Below, piece by piece: positions 25,545 to 40,496 of a stretch of DNA of 64,000 nt (the stretch's first letter is position 1; each line of letters opens with the position of its first letter). Below the pieces are notes generated by a model. That model had not been told where the DNA came from and searched no databases. It was given only the letters and a program-made list of their open reading frames with translations. Position numbers and translations under genes: made by a program. Where the stretch lies: contig CM060731.1 in assembly GCA_030704615.1 (NCBI GenBank), positions 12,400,001-12,464,000 of the forward strand, read 5' to 3'. Origin of the DNA: Takakia lepidozioides. Taxonomy: Eukaryota > Plantae > Bryophyta.

Positions 25545-28500
25545 CTTGCCACCTTTCTTACAAACGACTGTGGAGTCATGTTCTTAAATACAGCCCCTAC
25601 CTTCACCAATTATTTAATGGAATTTGTTGTCGTATTTGGAATCTGTTTTTTTCTTAAAAATTGAACAGGGGACAGTAGCCCTGAGATAAACTTTATTTGG
25701 AATTATTGGAGGGAAAAAAATGAAAACCCTCAATTACACCATTAGGCACACACACCGATGTCAATGATATCACGAACCTTAATACTCTCAACAGAGTACC
25801 GGTACTTTACGAATCTTGCTACTCAGTGTTTAGCGTAATGCGAATCTTGCTACTAAATGCATAGTGAATGTTGGCCTACCCGCCGAGCAAAGAACGATTA
25901 TTATTTTGTGACTCAGATCGTGGAAAGTTTGTGAAACCTTTGGTAGAATATGAAAAAAAATCTAATACAATAACTTCTTAGATAAGCCAATTTCCAAATG
26001 AAACCAAACTCTCCGTGAAAATGTCTCATGATGTTGACAACCTTCTCTTTATATTTTCAGAGTTGGTTTAGTTCGTTTTTTATACCTCTTTTGTAATGAT
26101 CTGAGCCCAATGGGGTCTAGAAATTGCAGTTTTCCACTTTGCCAATTTTTGGGGAACTTTGGAAATTTTTTCTTTTGTATGTTGTTTGGAAAACTGGACA
26201 ATCAACTTTGAAAGGTCCTCATAAGTTTTGTATTTAATCCCTCACATGTATAAGACCTCTAATTCTGCCATCCCCCCGGGCTTATCCACGGGTTGTCCCC
26301 ACCGGCATTGGGAAGCATGCAGGCCCCCCCCATATTCCGGTCATCCGTGGGTCGGTGAGCAAGGCATATGCAAGGCTGATTTGCCTACATGTCACAATTT
26401 TGGTCGCACATTAAATTGCCATAATTTTTTGTCATTAAATGCAACAATCAGCCTTGTGCAAGTACGCCCAGGTGGACATTTTAGCCATTTATTGCAAAAC
26501 AATCAAAGTCAAATCCAAAAAGATATAGGGGTTGGAAACTTAGGTATCGACACATTTCAGATCACTTAGGTCTTTAGGGATTAACGTACACTTCTATACA
26601 TATTTATAGTACCAACCAATGTTGGCTTGGGCATACTAGTTATGATTTTCTCATGATTTCATATACCAGCATATTTTACAATGACATTTAATTAACCCAA
26701 AGTGCAATAGAACAGTGTTGGGCGGATATTTGACTTCTGTTATACCCTTGGACCTCAAGTTTTGCTTTTTTTTCAAGCTTTAGATGAATTATTAACTTCT
26801 GACTCGGAATTTATGTTAAGACCTATATCCTACGAACTTCGAAAACTTCAAAGAATTACCAACGGATCTCATGAAATATTGGATTGATTTTCTTATCGAT
26901 ATTTGAATGGATATTTGATCGGTTATTTCCAATTAAATACCCATATGCAGTTCCGTACTTACCCCTTATACAAAAGAAAAATGAGTTTGTACGTTTGTAC
27001 AACATTTTAGCATGACAAGTCCGAAAGCCGGAGAATTGTAGGTAAAATAATGTTTTCTTGGTTCATGATGATATGACCATTAAAGTGCTCGTATTTGTTT
27101 TTCGATTTGAGTGACGCATCTTATTTTTTAAACACAGTTGTTGAATTCTAAATATACGGATTACGACAAGGATTCATTAACAACTGATTAATCGTTTGAT
27201 GCTGCATCAATGTCTTCTATTCAATTTGATGTTTTTACGAGTTTGGTGTGGTGCCCAAAAAAACCATCGTTAATCTTGGTCATATGTACAAGTGCGGTCC
27301 ATGGGCTCAAAACAAGGTTACGATTTTATAAGTTGCAAGGAAAATAGTTTGTCGCTTGCTTGTGGTCTAGGGGAGGATCATGAACTTTACTTCACACTAC
27401 AAAACCAACAATGGTCTATGATTTAGGGTACATATATGTAGCTAAACATGTTGTCACGTGATTTACCCAACAATGTTAACATAAATGGGAGTCTTTATTT
27501 GTGAGTAGAAGTTGGTGGTATGATCTAGTGATATGGCTTATTTCAGCTTTCAGCTTTCCATATAGATTGGTGTTATGACATGATAAAATGGAAATGACCA
27601 ATTTCATTACATAGTATGACAATATCATATTTCAACTGTAGAAATTAGTGGTACACCCCAGATCAAATGACTGATCTTTTCACATGAAATTCTTCTTTCA
27701 TCTTGTAGTAGCTTTCTACTTATTTCATTAGTCAGAAAAACATGAAAAATCATTGTTCATGTCATGTACATTTACAACGTCATGAGTAGCGAAGGTCGAC
27801 ACCAAGTAGTTCATAGCCATGTTTACAATGACATTAGCACTCTTCGAAAACTATTCACAGCTGCTGCATGTTGTCACTACTGGGCTAGTGCTATGTCCCC
27901 ATGATTTTGCCTCAATTAAACGAACTAGACCGTTCTTCTGCAAAATCACTACCGTGCACCCAACTAGTGCTGAAAGATTTAGCCTCAAGGAAGCTACCAT
28001 GTGCTCTCTTGCAATTCGTCTTTCATCGTCTGCACTCATTCTCTCAACATTGTGATCCCCAATAAAATCCTTCTGTTGCAGCATCTATTCGGAAACAAGG
28101 GCCCGTCGTTCATGCTCTGCTGCAGCCATAGACTTGCTCTATCCCTAGGAGTAAAGAAGTCTATTCTCTACTCTAAATTGGAAGATTATATCATTTTTAT
28201 ATACTATGAACCTCACCTCACGAGGACCAACCTGTGTAGCACGACTGTTTTCCTCTTCCTAAATTACCTTGTCCAAGGCATGCAGCTGAACGCAGAGACT
28301 TTCAAGGTCCACCACAAGGTTCTCATACTCGTAGATGAGCTGGATCAATTCCCTGGGAGAGTCGGGGTTGCTGTCAGGTTCGCAGTAACGCTTCACCTCC
28401 TACAAGATCTTATCAAACCCTTTGCGAATAGTGGTAGATAGATATGATGCAGATTCTCAAATTCAAGGCGTCATCTTTCAAGGCCTCTACATAGGTCTTG

Positions 28501-28959
28501 CCATTTGATGCAATTGCACATAGAAACTTGACCTCGTGCTCAAATGCATACATCAATCAAAACAGGTAACACAAGACTTGGAGACAACATTGTTTGCAAA
28601 GGATCTTGATCTTGAGATGTAATATCCTCAGTTATATGTAACATCTTATATAGATAAACCAATTCTCAATCTTCGTTACACCAATTCTCAATCTTCGAAT
28701 AGTCACTTGCGTCTACACTACCAAATATCTTCCATTGCAAATATGTTTTAGGCCTCGATATAGATGATTTTTCAATTCAAATTATTTGTCAAAACATACT
28801 TGTACAAAATGACGTGACGTAGCGCTAACACGTCAGCGTTATGTTACGTCTGAAGTCATGTCTTTTACGTGCGTCATCTCAAAAAATGAGTTTCCGTTTT
28901 TTTTTTAAATTATTTTAACTTTTACATTCCATAATGAATCAGTATCACGTAAAGCTGCT

Positions 28960-29640
28960 AGATTAGCTCTGGCGGTCTTAAATGTTTTACAAACTAATTC
29001 ATAAATTCGGGACAGCGAGATCTGACAATCCTAATTTTCAAAAAAAAAAATTTAACAAATCGAGACCGCCGGCTTTGACAAGCCCGATTTTTTTTTTTTT
29101 TTAAACTCAATTCAAGACTATCATAATTAGCGGTCCAGATATTTAAGAAATTATTTAATAAATTTGGGATGGCCAGTACTAACGGTCCCAATTTTTTAAG
29201 ATTGTTTTAATAAATCCAGGACCGTCAACCATTTTGTTTTGTAATTATTTTATTAAAACCGAGACTGTCAGCTAGAGGTGGTATTCATTTCTATTTTTGT
29301 TTAGACAAATTGAGGGATATTTGTTTTTTTTGCCAGATCTGGGGGTTCTGATTTTTTATTTTATTTTTAAATTAGGACTGCCAGAGCTAATGGTCCTGAT
29401 TTTTTATAAAAGGATTGTAGATAAAATCGAGAGCGCCACAGCTCGCGGTTGTCAGTCATGATTTAGCATTTTAAAAAAAACAAATATATAATTGGGACGA
29501 TCGTAACTAACAGTCTCAATTTTTATATTAATTTTCTTTCAATAAAATCCGGATTGCCAAAGCTTGGCGGTCCCAATTATTTAGAATTATTCTTAGAATA
29601 AAATAAAATAAATAAGCTATATAACATCGGGATCGCAATT
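28960..29640. repeat. Degenerate array of ~11 imperfect palindromic units separated by AT-rich spacers
   Basis: Consensus like AAATCGGGACCGCCAGAGCTAACGGTCCCGATTT, e.g. aatttgggatggccagtactaacggtcccaattt at 29161 and attaggactgccagagctaatggtcctgat at 29371. Confidence 0.6.
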
Positions 29641-29692
29641 TGTCAGGATTATTTATTTATTTATTTATTTTTTCTTTTTAGCCTTCAGAACC

Positions 29693-30440
29693 TCAGCAAA
29701 GAGAGCAACCATCTGCAATTGTCCTTGCGTTATCATCTCTCTTCTGAAGCATCTGAGTTGTGAGTCTCTCAGTCATTTCAATCTTCAGCTTCTCTATTCG
29801 CCGAAGGCTTTGATGGCATCTGCAATTGCGGAGGACCCTACAATAAACGCTTCTTCTTCTTCTTCTCTGCTTTCTCATTGGGCTTTCCTTGCACACCAAG
29901 GAGTTTGTAAGCTTTGGTCTCTGGTGAATTAGTTGAAGCAGATTGTTCAGGTGCAACACCCTCAACACCTTCATATAAAATATGAGTTATGCATTCACTA
30001 GAAGTCCTTGGTACATCTTCCTACTGAGTGTATGGACAGTATCATCATCATTACTGATCAATTCTACAACCTACCATGAGTAGAATGAACTCCTTGATCG
30101 GCATCATGAGGCACACCATTAATTTTTAAGGTTCCTCCCAAAATGTTGTCAAATCTATCAAACCAAGACCAATCAGAAGAATGAGCACTTGTCACCTTAT
30201 TCTTCTTTTTCTCCTCTATGGACTTGTCGTTCATCTTGTTGATTTGGTTTCTGCATTGATTCCAGATCCGTTGCACATGATTTACAAAGTTCAGGTTCAA
30301 CAGCTTTGCAAACTCTTTCCAATTCACTTCTTTCATGTGTCCTCGATTATACTCCCAGTGATTCTTCTCCTACAAATCCAACAAAAACTCAATGGAGGGA
30401 TTTGACCATAATCTCCTACCATTTCTTTGAGCTGCCAGAA
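29693..30440 (-). pseudogene. Myb/SANT-like (trihelix) DNA-binding protein of a PIF/Harbinger element, degenerate
   Basis: EVNWKEFAKLLN...WNQCRNQINKM...WSWFDRFDNILG, lying next to a Harbinger transposase relic. Confidence 0.65.
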
Positions 30441-30679
30441 CTATCTACACATGATTTGAATAAGATTGGACTTCCTGCAAATGATTTGGATGAGCTTGAA
30501 GAGCTTGCACATTATTTTGTACACCTTGATGAGATGAAGAATTAGAAGACCCTCCAACTCCCTCTAAAAGATAACCCAAGAAAGAGCTGGAAAGATAATC
30601 TTCCGTGGTGCTCTACTGTAGACAAAGCATATACTTAAAGATTTGAAACCCTAACAAGTACAGTACTGAGAGTCAGGCG

Positions 30680-31500
30680 GCAGGTTCTGAGTATGGAGTG
30701 TATGTCATGCCTCCAACTGTGACCACTGGCTCTTGAATAATCTCACATCTTCTCAATTGACAATACAGACTGGACAGCTTAAACTATCCACCATCATGAA
30801 CTCCTCTTGGTTGGCCCGTACATACATTCAAAATCTCTTGTCTGCAGTACAAATAGCTTGCAGCACAATACTATGGAATTTTTTTCTATTATAAAAATCA
30901 TTAACTGCATGTATGACTCTTTTATTATGAAGCTCAGCCAAAGGGATGTGACTACCATATATTGCTCAACAAACATTAGGTAGCCATATCAGCTCGTGGA
31001 AATGTTTTATAATCTCTTTCAACGGTCACCTGAAGGGATATTAATGTACTTGTTGAACAGTTTATTTCTATCAGTTCGAATGTTATAAACAATATCAACA
31101 TACTTTTATATGGTTCATGCACCATCCATATATGTAGCACTATACCCATGAGCAAACATGTATAAACAATGGCCACAATTTTTCTGATCTCTAATTGTGA
31201 CATCACCAGATTAAGACATCGACATTGCAAGAAACTTTGTCAATTTTAAAACTAAGTTGTTGAAAGCTTCAGAACTCTTCAGTAAAACATTTGTCTATCA
31301 TTTCAGGTATAGTATGCCACACATTTTTTTCTACATGATCCCAATGCGTGTATTGTCTAGGTTCTTTCCACCACAAGCAAGGTGAATGTCTCTTCCTCTT
31401 TGAAATGACACAGAAGATTGGAAGGAAACTAAACCTTACTGAAGGTTGCTTATCTGTAAGCAAATGTCTCACTCTAGACTTAAACATTGCACAGTTCCCA
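30680..31500 (-). pseudogene. PIF/Harbinger transposase relic
   Basis: Manual translation across frameshifts gives FYNRK-FHSIVLQAICTADKRF-NVCTGQPRGVHDGG*FKLSSLY, the DDE_Tnp_4-type signature. Confidence 0.7.
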
Positions 31501-34500
31501 ATGTAACAGAAAGAAACATCCAAATGAACAAAACCCTTTCAATGAGAGCTCGGTCCATTTCTATGGAAGATTTTGATAAACAAGCCAGAAAGCATGTAAT
31601 GGCAAGCACTCTAAGCATCGGTAAAAACCAACATCAAAAAGAAAAAAACGGCGGGGCCAACAACGCTGTTGCTGTATGTGCTAGATACGGGGCTTCAGTT
31701 CGCTCCCTTGAGGTGGGGCTCACCACTGGCGAATTCGCCAAGCTAACAAGAATGAACAAATACCATGTGTACGGGCCTAGAGTTGATTAGGAAAAGTTTT
31801 AGAATGGAGGAGGTTCTAGAGGTGTAACAAGGTCATTTTGGTAAGCTATAGCCAAAGTGGGAGCTCGGGAAGGAACGGAGAGTTGAGTTGGTTGAGTAGG
31901 GAGGATTGAGGGACAAGAGGAGATGATGGTCAATTAGTTGGTGAGAAGGTGGGCAAAAGAGGGAGGGTCAATTATTTAGTTGGAGGCAAGGTGGGCAAAT
32001 GATGCAACACTAGTATGTCGAGGCCTATTGGCACGGGATCCATCTATGTTTCAAGTCCGGCTATACATTACCTCTTTCTCTATCTCTCTTGAAGTTGAAG
32101 TGTAGAGGTGGATTTGTCTTCATCATACCCTTCTTAGCAATATGATGAGGATGATGTGGCTGATATACGAGCTGAACGACGAGTTTTATATTGTCCACTT
32201 ATATTTTTATTATGTCATGTTATCCGTATTCAAGGCTTAATTTTTTACTCGAAATTACATCTCTTTTTTGTATTCCATTACGGCGCGATATGCCTCTACA
32301 CATGACCCCACTAGGCGGACCATTTTCTATCCATAGCATGTTCGGGCATCAAGAGAATACGAAGTTTAACCTTACAGACGAAGAAGGGTCATGCTTAGTG
32401 GTCATCCAAATCCATTCCCCACGGTCGAATTGCAAGTCTCTAAGTGGAGCTGAGAGAAATCAGTTGAAATTTCTGGAATATTGGCAGAGATTTTCATGAG
32501 GCACTACCAAGGTTAATGCAACCCAAGGTGGGCTGAACCCACAAATAGCCCATCACCCTTACTAGGCTACAACTTGGTTGTATACACTACATAAATACGA
32601 CCCCAACCGGAGTTACCGTAAAAAAGAGCTTCCCTACTATCTCCGGGTGTTGATAGTTGGCGAGTGGGTGTGAACATACCAAAAATTTGGTGAGCATGAA
32701 ATAAAAAATGTGAGCACAATTTAAGATTTTCAGATACAATAAATTTATATGTTCATATTAATCTATATATATATGAGCATTTATTGTTCGGATTGGAGTT
32801 TGGATTGGGATTAGGTTCGGCATCATGTAGTTCTCCAGCGAACCACATGTTGTAACTAGCCGGAGAACCAAGCCCCAGCCTATGTCCGAGCCTAAACCGA
32901 ACCTATATGTGAAGCCATATTATTTGGTGCCGAACCTATAAACCTCGTCGAATATACAGGTCTGATTAGATTCTCATGTCCGAACCTAGAAAATTTTGGC
33001 TGCTCACACGCTCACCACTGCTCGTCCCCCACAGTTTCTCCTTTTGGGTAACACACTATATTCTGCTGGAGCAAGTGTTGGGTCCAAATTCCAAACATCT
33101 AGATATTTGGCACATTTTGGTCTTTTTGAGTACGTCTTTTTTTCCCCTGGGCACCCTATTTTTCAGTTGAATAAACGTCGGACAGCATAGGCACTTCCCA
33201 CCTACAGTAGCAAAAAACAATAATAGTAGTATTAGTCATGTAGTACTAGACAAGGCCGCTCAGCTACTCACCGATCAACGGCAGAAAGAGAAAGACGGTA
33301 GTTGAGGCGATGTACCAGGCGCCGCTTTGCCACCGACATCCATCCAGTCTTGTGTGCAAGCACTGCTCCAAAAGAAAATTGTAGGGAGACTTTCCCCGGC
33401 GGTGGATCACGGCCCTCTGCCCAGGGCAGCATCCTGTTATCCTTGATCCTGTTATCTTTGAGGGCACAAAGATCCAAAACCCATCTGCAACTTTGTACAA
33501 CACCGGGATTGCAACAGCAGTGATGCAGCTGGAGGCTGGCTTGGGTCGATATGTGAGTGCAAGATTCCAAGCTTACCGCCAGGACTCTCACCGGGTGGTG
33601 TGGCGGCACCGCTCTTGACTTATATGTACTGCTACTTTATCCAGCGAGGATTAGCTCTTTCCAGAGGCAAATTCCCAGAAACGTCCATTCTTCTCTCGAG
33701 TTGCTCTTAAACCTACGACAAAGGTCACCGAGGATCGACTCTTCTCTTCAGACTTCTCACCTGCATTCATGGGTCCTGTAGAAGTTACAGTGGGTTGATG
33801 TACTTTTCCCAAGTCACCCTCTTCAACTTGAACCTGGCGAAAGCGGCACATGAGTATGAATAGGTATCCTACTAAAATGTGTATGCTCAACTCATCCTGA
33901 ACTTCCTGCAGGATCATTATAGGAACGTGATGAAAACGTTCTGATTCCTTTTACAGTTTTTCCAGCCACTGAGATTGGCGCTTTGACTGTATCCGCCTGA
34001 AAGTGGATAATTATCAGCCGCAAGAAACATGGTGATCCACTCACTCCAATGTGGCGAGTGGATCAATTTGTGCGGCCTCCAAATTTGCAAATCTTGAACT
34101 GTAAAATAATTCCCTGAACTCTTGATCTACCAGATAGTGAATCAAATCCTTCTTTGATCTTCAAGCTTCTCACCTTGGATGATCCATCGCAGGCCGGCCT
34201 GCAGATGTGCAAGTTGTGGAACTTGTCTGAAGGAAAAGAGGAGAGATTCGGTACGCTGCCAAGTGGAAAGCTGTCTTGCACAAAAGACAAAAGTTGATGA
34301 TTCTGGCTGTGGACCCACTGCTTTGTCCTTCATAAACTAGAGAGCTTCCGATGTTATGTTAATGATGTGGGAAAGTGCCTGTCCACATGTTAAAATAAGA
34401 TTTCTGATGGCCCACTACGTTGAGAATCTTGTTTCAAAAGTTGAGAACATCTACTGCCCCCTCTCCCCCTCCCACAACCTTTTGACAAATTTCATTTCAA

Positions 34501-35169
34501 TGTACAGTATTGAGCCTGTTACCTACTTGGCGTAGGCTCCCTGTATGCAAATCTCATAAACATGCTTACCCTCATTTAATTACCTTTCAATGACAATGGG
34601 TTACTGGCAATAGAAAACCCATCGGCATCTTGTTTCCATGAATAGCAATTTCTCCCTTACTCCATGGTGTTCGTACCTGGACAAATCTCTTCATAGGTTG
34701 AGAAAATTTGACAGCAATCAAATTTATGGTACCCAAAACTTTTCAAAGGCGTGCCTTTCCATCAACCCAGTTGAACTTTAAGTTGTGATGCGCAGGGGCC
34801 AAAGCTTTAGACAAACAAAGTATAGTCGCCTGCAAGGTAGCTCATCATACTTTCAAGTCATTTATAAATGGATCCTGCATGTTTGATTATATTTCAAACT
34901 CCTGCATAATGTTTCTTCCAGGATAGTGACTATTACAACCGCAACATCCACACCAATATTTGAGCTTCAATCCCTCAACAGGGCCTCAAAAGATGCAAAA
35001 ATTTCGTAAGTTTTAGAAAAATAGCACCAGATCAAATTGTACAAAGGGCCAACTGATATATATATATAAGTAAGATCTACAGATTATACAACAATTTCAA
35101 GCCAAACATACACCTTTAGTCCAAAATTGTTTGGTGTAAATATACTACCCACCTTTGAGCCAGGTAATT

Positions 35170-38100
35170 TCAGTCTATATCCCCAAGGTTCTCTTCACTG
35201 AGATCTTCCTCATTGAGGCCTGCAGTAACCAAGGCTGTGCCATTGGTCGAGTCCCTCTTTGAGCTCAGTTCATCATCAATCCTTACACGCGCAGCCTGTC
35301 AACCACAGCCCTACTTAAGACTTTACTGATTATGAAATGGATAGCTTCGAATTCCAGGCACCAAAAACACACGCAAGCCATTGACATGTTTGTGACGAAG
35401 ATAAGTACTAGTAAGCATCATCATGCAGAACTGTCTTGGTGAGGCCATGGCAAATTTAGGGCCTCAGATTTGCTTAATTCACCTGGAACAGTAATTACTG
35501 AACTCCATATCTACATTCAGTAGTATTAGGGACCCCTCTCATAAGAATCGCCCGAGAGCTGACAAACATTTAAGGTAAGAGGCGTGGCCTGCTGCAATGC
35601 ATGCGCCTTCATTGAGTGTCCCCTTGTGGAGCAATCAACTGTTCCGTACCCACATTGCCATAGAAGAAATGTAAGGGCCAGTTGTCGCTAAATCTTGAAA
35701 GGTGCTGAAAATTCTATCAAACCAGTCAGGATGGCTGCCCCGTGTAGTCAATGTAGACCCAACTAATTTAGTGGCTACGAGACAAACAAATGTTGTAGAA
35801 CACACCTTTTCAATGTCAGCACAGACTGCAGGATTCTCCTGTAAAAACTGCACAGCCTTCTCTCGACCCTGGCCCAATCTGCATTGAAACAATCACGATT
35901 TGTTTTCATCAGGAATTCTGCTGCAGAAATAAAAGCAAATGTTCTGTTTGCTTACCACATTCAACATATATCAAAGTGGACCATATGTAAGTGCCAAGTA
36001 GCTCTGGCTGCTAGCATTGCCTAGACTCAGATAACTAACAAAGAGTCATTATGACTATTTGTTCCAAAAAGTACAATTCCGACTAACAGTAACTGGCTGT
36101 AGCTGCTAGTATAGTGATTTTTACTTCAAAAACCCCATGGGCATCTAGCTTAGACCCACTTACCAATTAACACCCCACTCTAACCATGCAATCCAAACAA
36201 TTACCTTGTGTCTCCATAGCTGTACCAGGCACCTTTTCTCACAACTGCACCAACCGCTTCAGAACAATCCAAAATGCAGCCCTGTATAGACCAACAGTCA
36301 TTGCCTAATCCTGTCATGGCACTACACTGGCAGCACATTTGCTAATCTCTAGTCTTTTCAAACAGATTCCCCACCTCTGCCACATGGGACTTGTAGTAGG
36401 CACACAAAATGCAGCTGGGTGTTCCTGTGAACAAAGCCCTCTTTGCCAGCACAAAATCACCTTTTGCTCAAGATGAAAATTTGGAACGTCTGGTTCTTGT
36501 CTTGGTGAATAAGGGGGTACAGAAGCCCCTACGCTTCATTCATAATTACTCATGTCAAAAAAACCTGCTGAACAAAATGCAGACTGGGTGTTCCTGTGCA
36601 CAATGCCCTCTTTGCAAGCAATGCCAACCTGAGAGCTATCACCAAACTTCAGAACGGCCTGAAAAGCCACCACCCACACACTAAGGCAGACATGCAGGCA
36701 CATACAACAAATCCACCAATAATGGATAGAAAAGTGTATACGATTCAACTTACCAGTTTGCAAATCCCTTGTCCAAAGATTATGTCAAACTCCGCGACCT
36801 TGTATGGCCTCGATACCTGCCCTTGCCATCACATGAGAAATTCATGGTATGAATATGGTTACATACTACCTCCTTAAATCTTTCACACAAGTAGAATGTA
36901 CACTATAAAACTAATCAGAGAAGCACTTCAGTTCATATGACAAGGAAGATCCAAGCACTAGCAACCTCCCACAATCCATTGAACAGTAATAGTTTATTAA
37001 TTAGGAGTCTCACTTCCTAATTTATGTGATAGTGAAGCAGGCGACTACCTTGCTCTTCTGCACTCGCACCCTGGCTCGAATGCCAATATCCTCCTCACCC
37101 CTTGGCTGCGTAGACAACTGGCCATCTCAGTCTCCCTCATCAGGCAGAATATGACAACATTGCAGGATTGAAGCTGATTGATTGAGAAATATAACAGCAC
37201 CCACCGACTTAATCTTTCCAGCATTCCGAATGTCGAGTCGGAGAGAGGCAAAGAACTTTAGAGCTAAACCCCCGCTGGTAACTTCTGGGTTCCCAAACAT
37301 TACAGCAATCTGTATAGCATGCACCAAGCAGTTTGTAAGAAAGGGCATCTCCATAATCACAGACATCAAAATGATGCGATAAACTGCAAAATAGCATTCT
37401 GGATTGAAAACCCATTTAGTGTCACAACAATGTAAACCAGTGAAGCCCAGTACCAGATACTTCAAGTTTGTTGGCTTAGCACTCCATAGACTCATAAGCT
37501 CCACACTACTTGAATACTGTGAGATCACTATCATGTAGTTTTAACCTTCTGCATTACAGCCACATGGCTACAATTCCTAGAGAAGACAAATGTCGACGGG
37601 TTGTGCTTAACAGAAGTTATTGACCCTTATGAGTTGACAATGAATAGCCTGCTACTGGCAGCAAAAGCTATTTGATAGCCAATTGACAGAGCTCTGTTTT
37701 GCCAGTGTGGATTTCCACCAAGCAGTCAACCAATGAATGATTCAGCACAACTGACCTTGTGCCGGATTTGATTTATGAAAATAAGAGTGCAACCAGCACG
37801 TGAGGCATTGGCAGACATCTTACGTAGCGCTTGGCTCATGAGGCGTGCTTGTAGCCCCATCTGCTGCATTCCTATCTCCCCCTGCCATCCAAGATGACAC
37901 ATGTCAGTAAGTTTTTGCAAGGTGCTCCCACACCAGACCAACTCACAACTGCATGTTTGTTGCTTCCAAGTCATTTAAGACCTCAAGATGTAATCACAAA
38001 TGTAGATATAACACATTGGTACCTCAATCTCAGCACGTGGTGTGAGTGCGGACACAGAGTCGATGCAAATGATGTCCACTGCCCCAGATCTGCACATCCG

Positions 38101-40496
38101 GTCGGCGGCTGAGAGAGACACAGCAATATTAGTGAGATTCCTTGATAAACTTGTGCAGCTCATCGCCCTCCCAAATCAGTTATCTTTGAATCGCACATGT
38201 GATTTTGGATAAGAAAAAGGATGCCTGAGCAGCCTGGATCTCTGTCTTTAACCTTAATAAGTCCCAGCACTCATATCAACCCTGGTCAGTTGCTTGAACA
38301 TCACTACAGTAAAGCATGAGTATAATTTAGGGAGCAGAATCAGGGCAGAGCATACTCTCAAGGGCCATTTCTCCATTGTCAGGTTGGCAGACAATCAAAT
38401 TCTCCACATCAACACCCAATGCCTTCGAGTAATACGGATCAAAGCAGTGCTCCGCATCGACTAGCATTGCATTTCCCCCCCGTTTCTGCTTTCCATCCCA
38501 GCCAAGATGCCCACAATGTGACGGCCACTTTGTCAAACTGTCAATGTGTTCTCTTGAACCTATATCCAGAATGACAAAGATTTTTAAGAAGTTGCAACAC
38601 TCATACACTTTATTGTACTCCAACCTTACACCCCAGACAAAACTACTGGCAAGAAGGTGATACATCTACACTGCTCTGCATTTTCTAAGCTCCTATCACT
38701 TCGAACAGGTTGAAGCCAATGGCAGGGTAGTGGAGACCCGGTAGAGGATGAGGTTATACGAACAGTAGGAATGGCATTATGGGTAGTCATTCTCAGTAGT
38801 TTGCAGTGACGGGAAGAGAATATTTATACTTTCTGTGGACAGAGCGTAGGATCAGATTTATCATAGAGAACCAGACTCAAGCACAAGGGTACCATCAGGA
38901 TTTGTGGATTGGTAAGTGCAAGAAACTGCATCAACACATGGACTGGTAAAGGAAACAGACCTGGATTTCTGCAATGGCATGAAGGGCCAGTGTTGTCTTG
39001 CCGCTACTCTCAGGACCAAAGATCTGTCAAGAAAAAGATGCAAATCAGAGAAAACACAGGTTTCCCAAACTAGGCCACCCATAGCAACGCAAGATGTGCT
39101 TTGACAACCAAATAACCAACTCAGAACACAAAAATTGAGAAGTGTTAATCTTCATTGCAAAATTTAACATACTTTGACAGTCTTCACACAAGCTACAATC
39201 CAGTGTAATGGCTCCATTCTAGTCACAACAAGAAGTCAAGAACTGCAGCTTTTCAGCTGTATCTCTCTGAAAACCACCTACTGAAATGTACACTACGAGT
39301 AATAATCTCCATGACCTTACCACCAAGAGCACAAATTTGAGAACATAAATCTGAAATTTTATGTCCTTGCTGTTTAGATGGATTGACAACCTTCAAGTAC
39401 AGGGTAATGATGTTAGTTTCATGACTCAATAGGCCAAAATAGAAATTCCAGGCTTGCTGACAGAGGCAAGTCAGAGATTTAGAACACACACCTCCACAAT
39501 GCGACCTTTAGGTAGGCCCCCACCTAGCGCATAGTCTAACGTAAGGCATCCACTTGGGAATGTCTCCCTGCACCAGTCACCATCTACGTCGTAAGTTTCA
39601 TTGCGGTACCGTGGTCAACTCTCACTTCCATGGAAAACTGACTAAGGCTCTCAAAGCAACACCGCTAAACACTCTTTACCATACAATCCTTCATTCAACG
39701 GAGGATAGAGTTGAACCCAATCCCTTTTCTTGAAGTTGGCTGATCTTGTTATCCAGTCAAAATCAATATGAGCTAGAGTGTGCTCCACCTTCTGCTTTTT
39801 CCGAAGTCTAAACAAGTGAAAGGATGTGATGCAAAGAAGGGCTGGTAAGAACAGCCTACACAAGGGCTCCGCCAGCACTCCCAAGCCTGGTCACACTTCC
39901 TTTGCCGAAGGAGCCATTAATATCGCTCATTGCTGCTTCCAGTGCTTTTTGCTGCCACCTCACACAAAGTCCCGTCTCAACCAGTCCACATATCCATCCC
40001 CAGGGACAGGAGACAACACAGAATGGAAAGCAAAAGAAAAATCGATGCAAATATTTCCAAACCGTACAAACTCCCCTAGGCTCCTTACTCTGGAACTCAC
40101 ATACGCCGTTTGCCCTCCCTTGCTCTCTCACACAATCTCTTAACTACTGAATTTTCTTCAAATTGGGATCATAACTGCAGTCAAAATTTAGACTCCAAGC
40201 CTGGATCACACAGATCATTTCAAATTAAAATTAAAATTCCACCTGCAGTCTCACATTAGGAAAGTTCTTACTCTTTCAAGTGCGTGATGAAGTTGTTCCC
40301 TCTGAGGATCATCAGGAGCTACATCAGCTGCTGCTCGCCTTGCTTTCACATAGGATGACTCTCGAAGGCCCCGCTGCAGAGTTCCATCGCTCCAACTGCT
40401 CCCGCCGCTACCTAAATTGCAGCCTCCTACGTACGATCCCTTGGCTGGTTTTTGTCTTAGGCCCAGTCGAGGTGAACAAGTTGGACCTGCTAGCAT
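35170..40496 (-). CDS. recA: Plastid-targeted RecA recombinase (multi-exon; similar to Arabidopsis chloroplast RECA1)
   Basis: Exons give [53 protein letters not shown] (Walker A), [61 protein letters not shown], and [13 protein letters not shown]. Transit-peptide-like N-terminus and acidic C-tail ending at TGA 35172-35170. Confidence 0.95.

Noticed and set aside
27800-28550. Coding-like fragments on the minus strand
   Set aside because: Interrupted by stops, with no recognisable family.
33260-34333. Possible spliced gene or pseudogene downstream of recA
   Set aside because: Exon-like pieces are present, but I could not build a consistent frame or recognise a domain.
35170-40496. Recent bacterial horizontal transfer or contamination of recA
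   Set aside because: Many spliceosomal introns, a transit-peptide-like N-terminus and plant plastid RecA-type sequence indicate an ordinary endosymbiont-derived nuclear gene.
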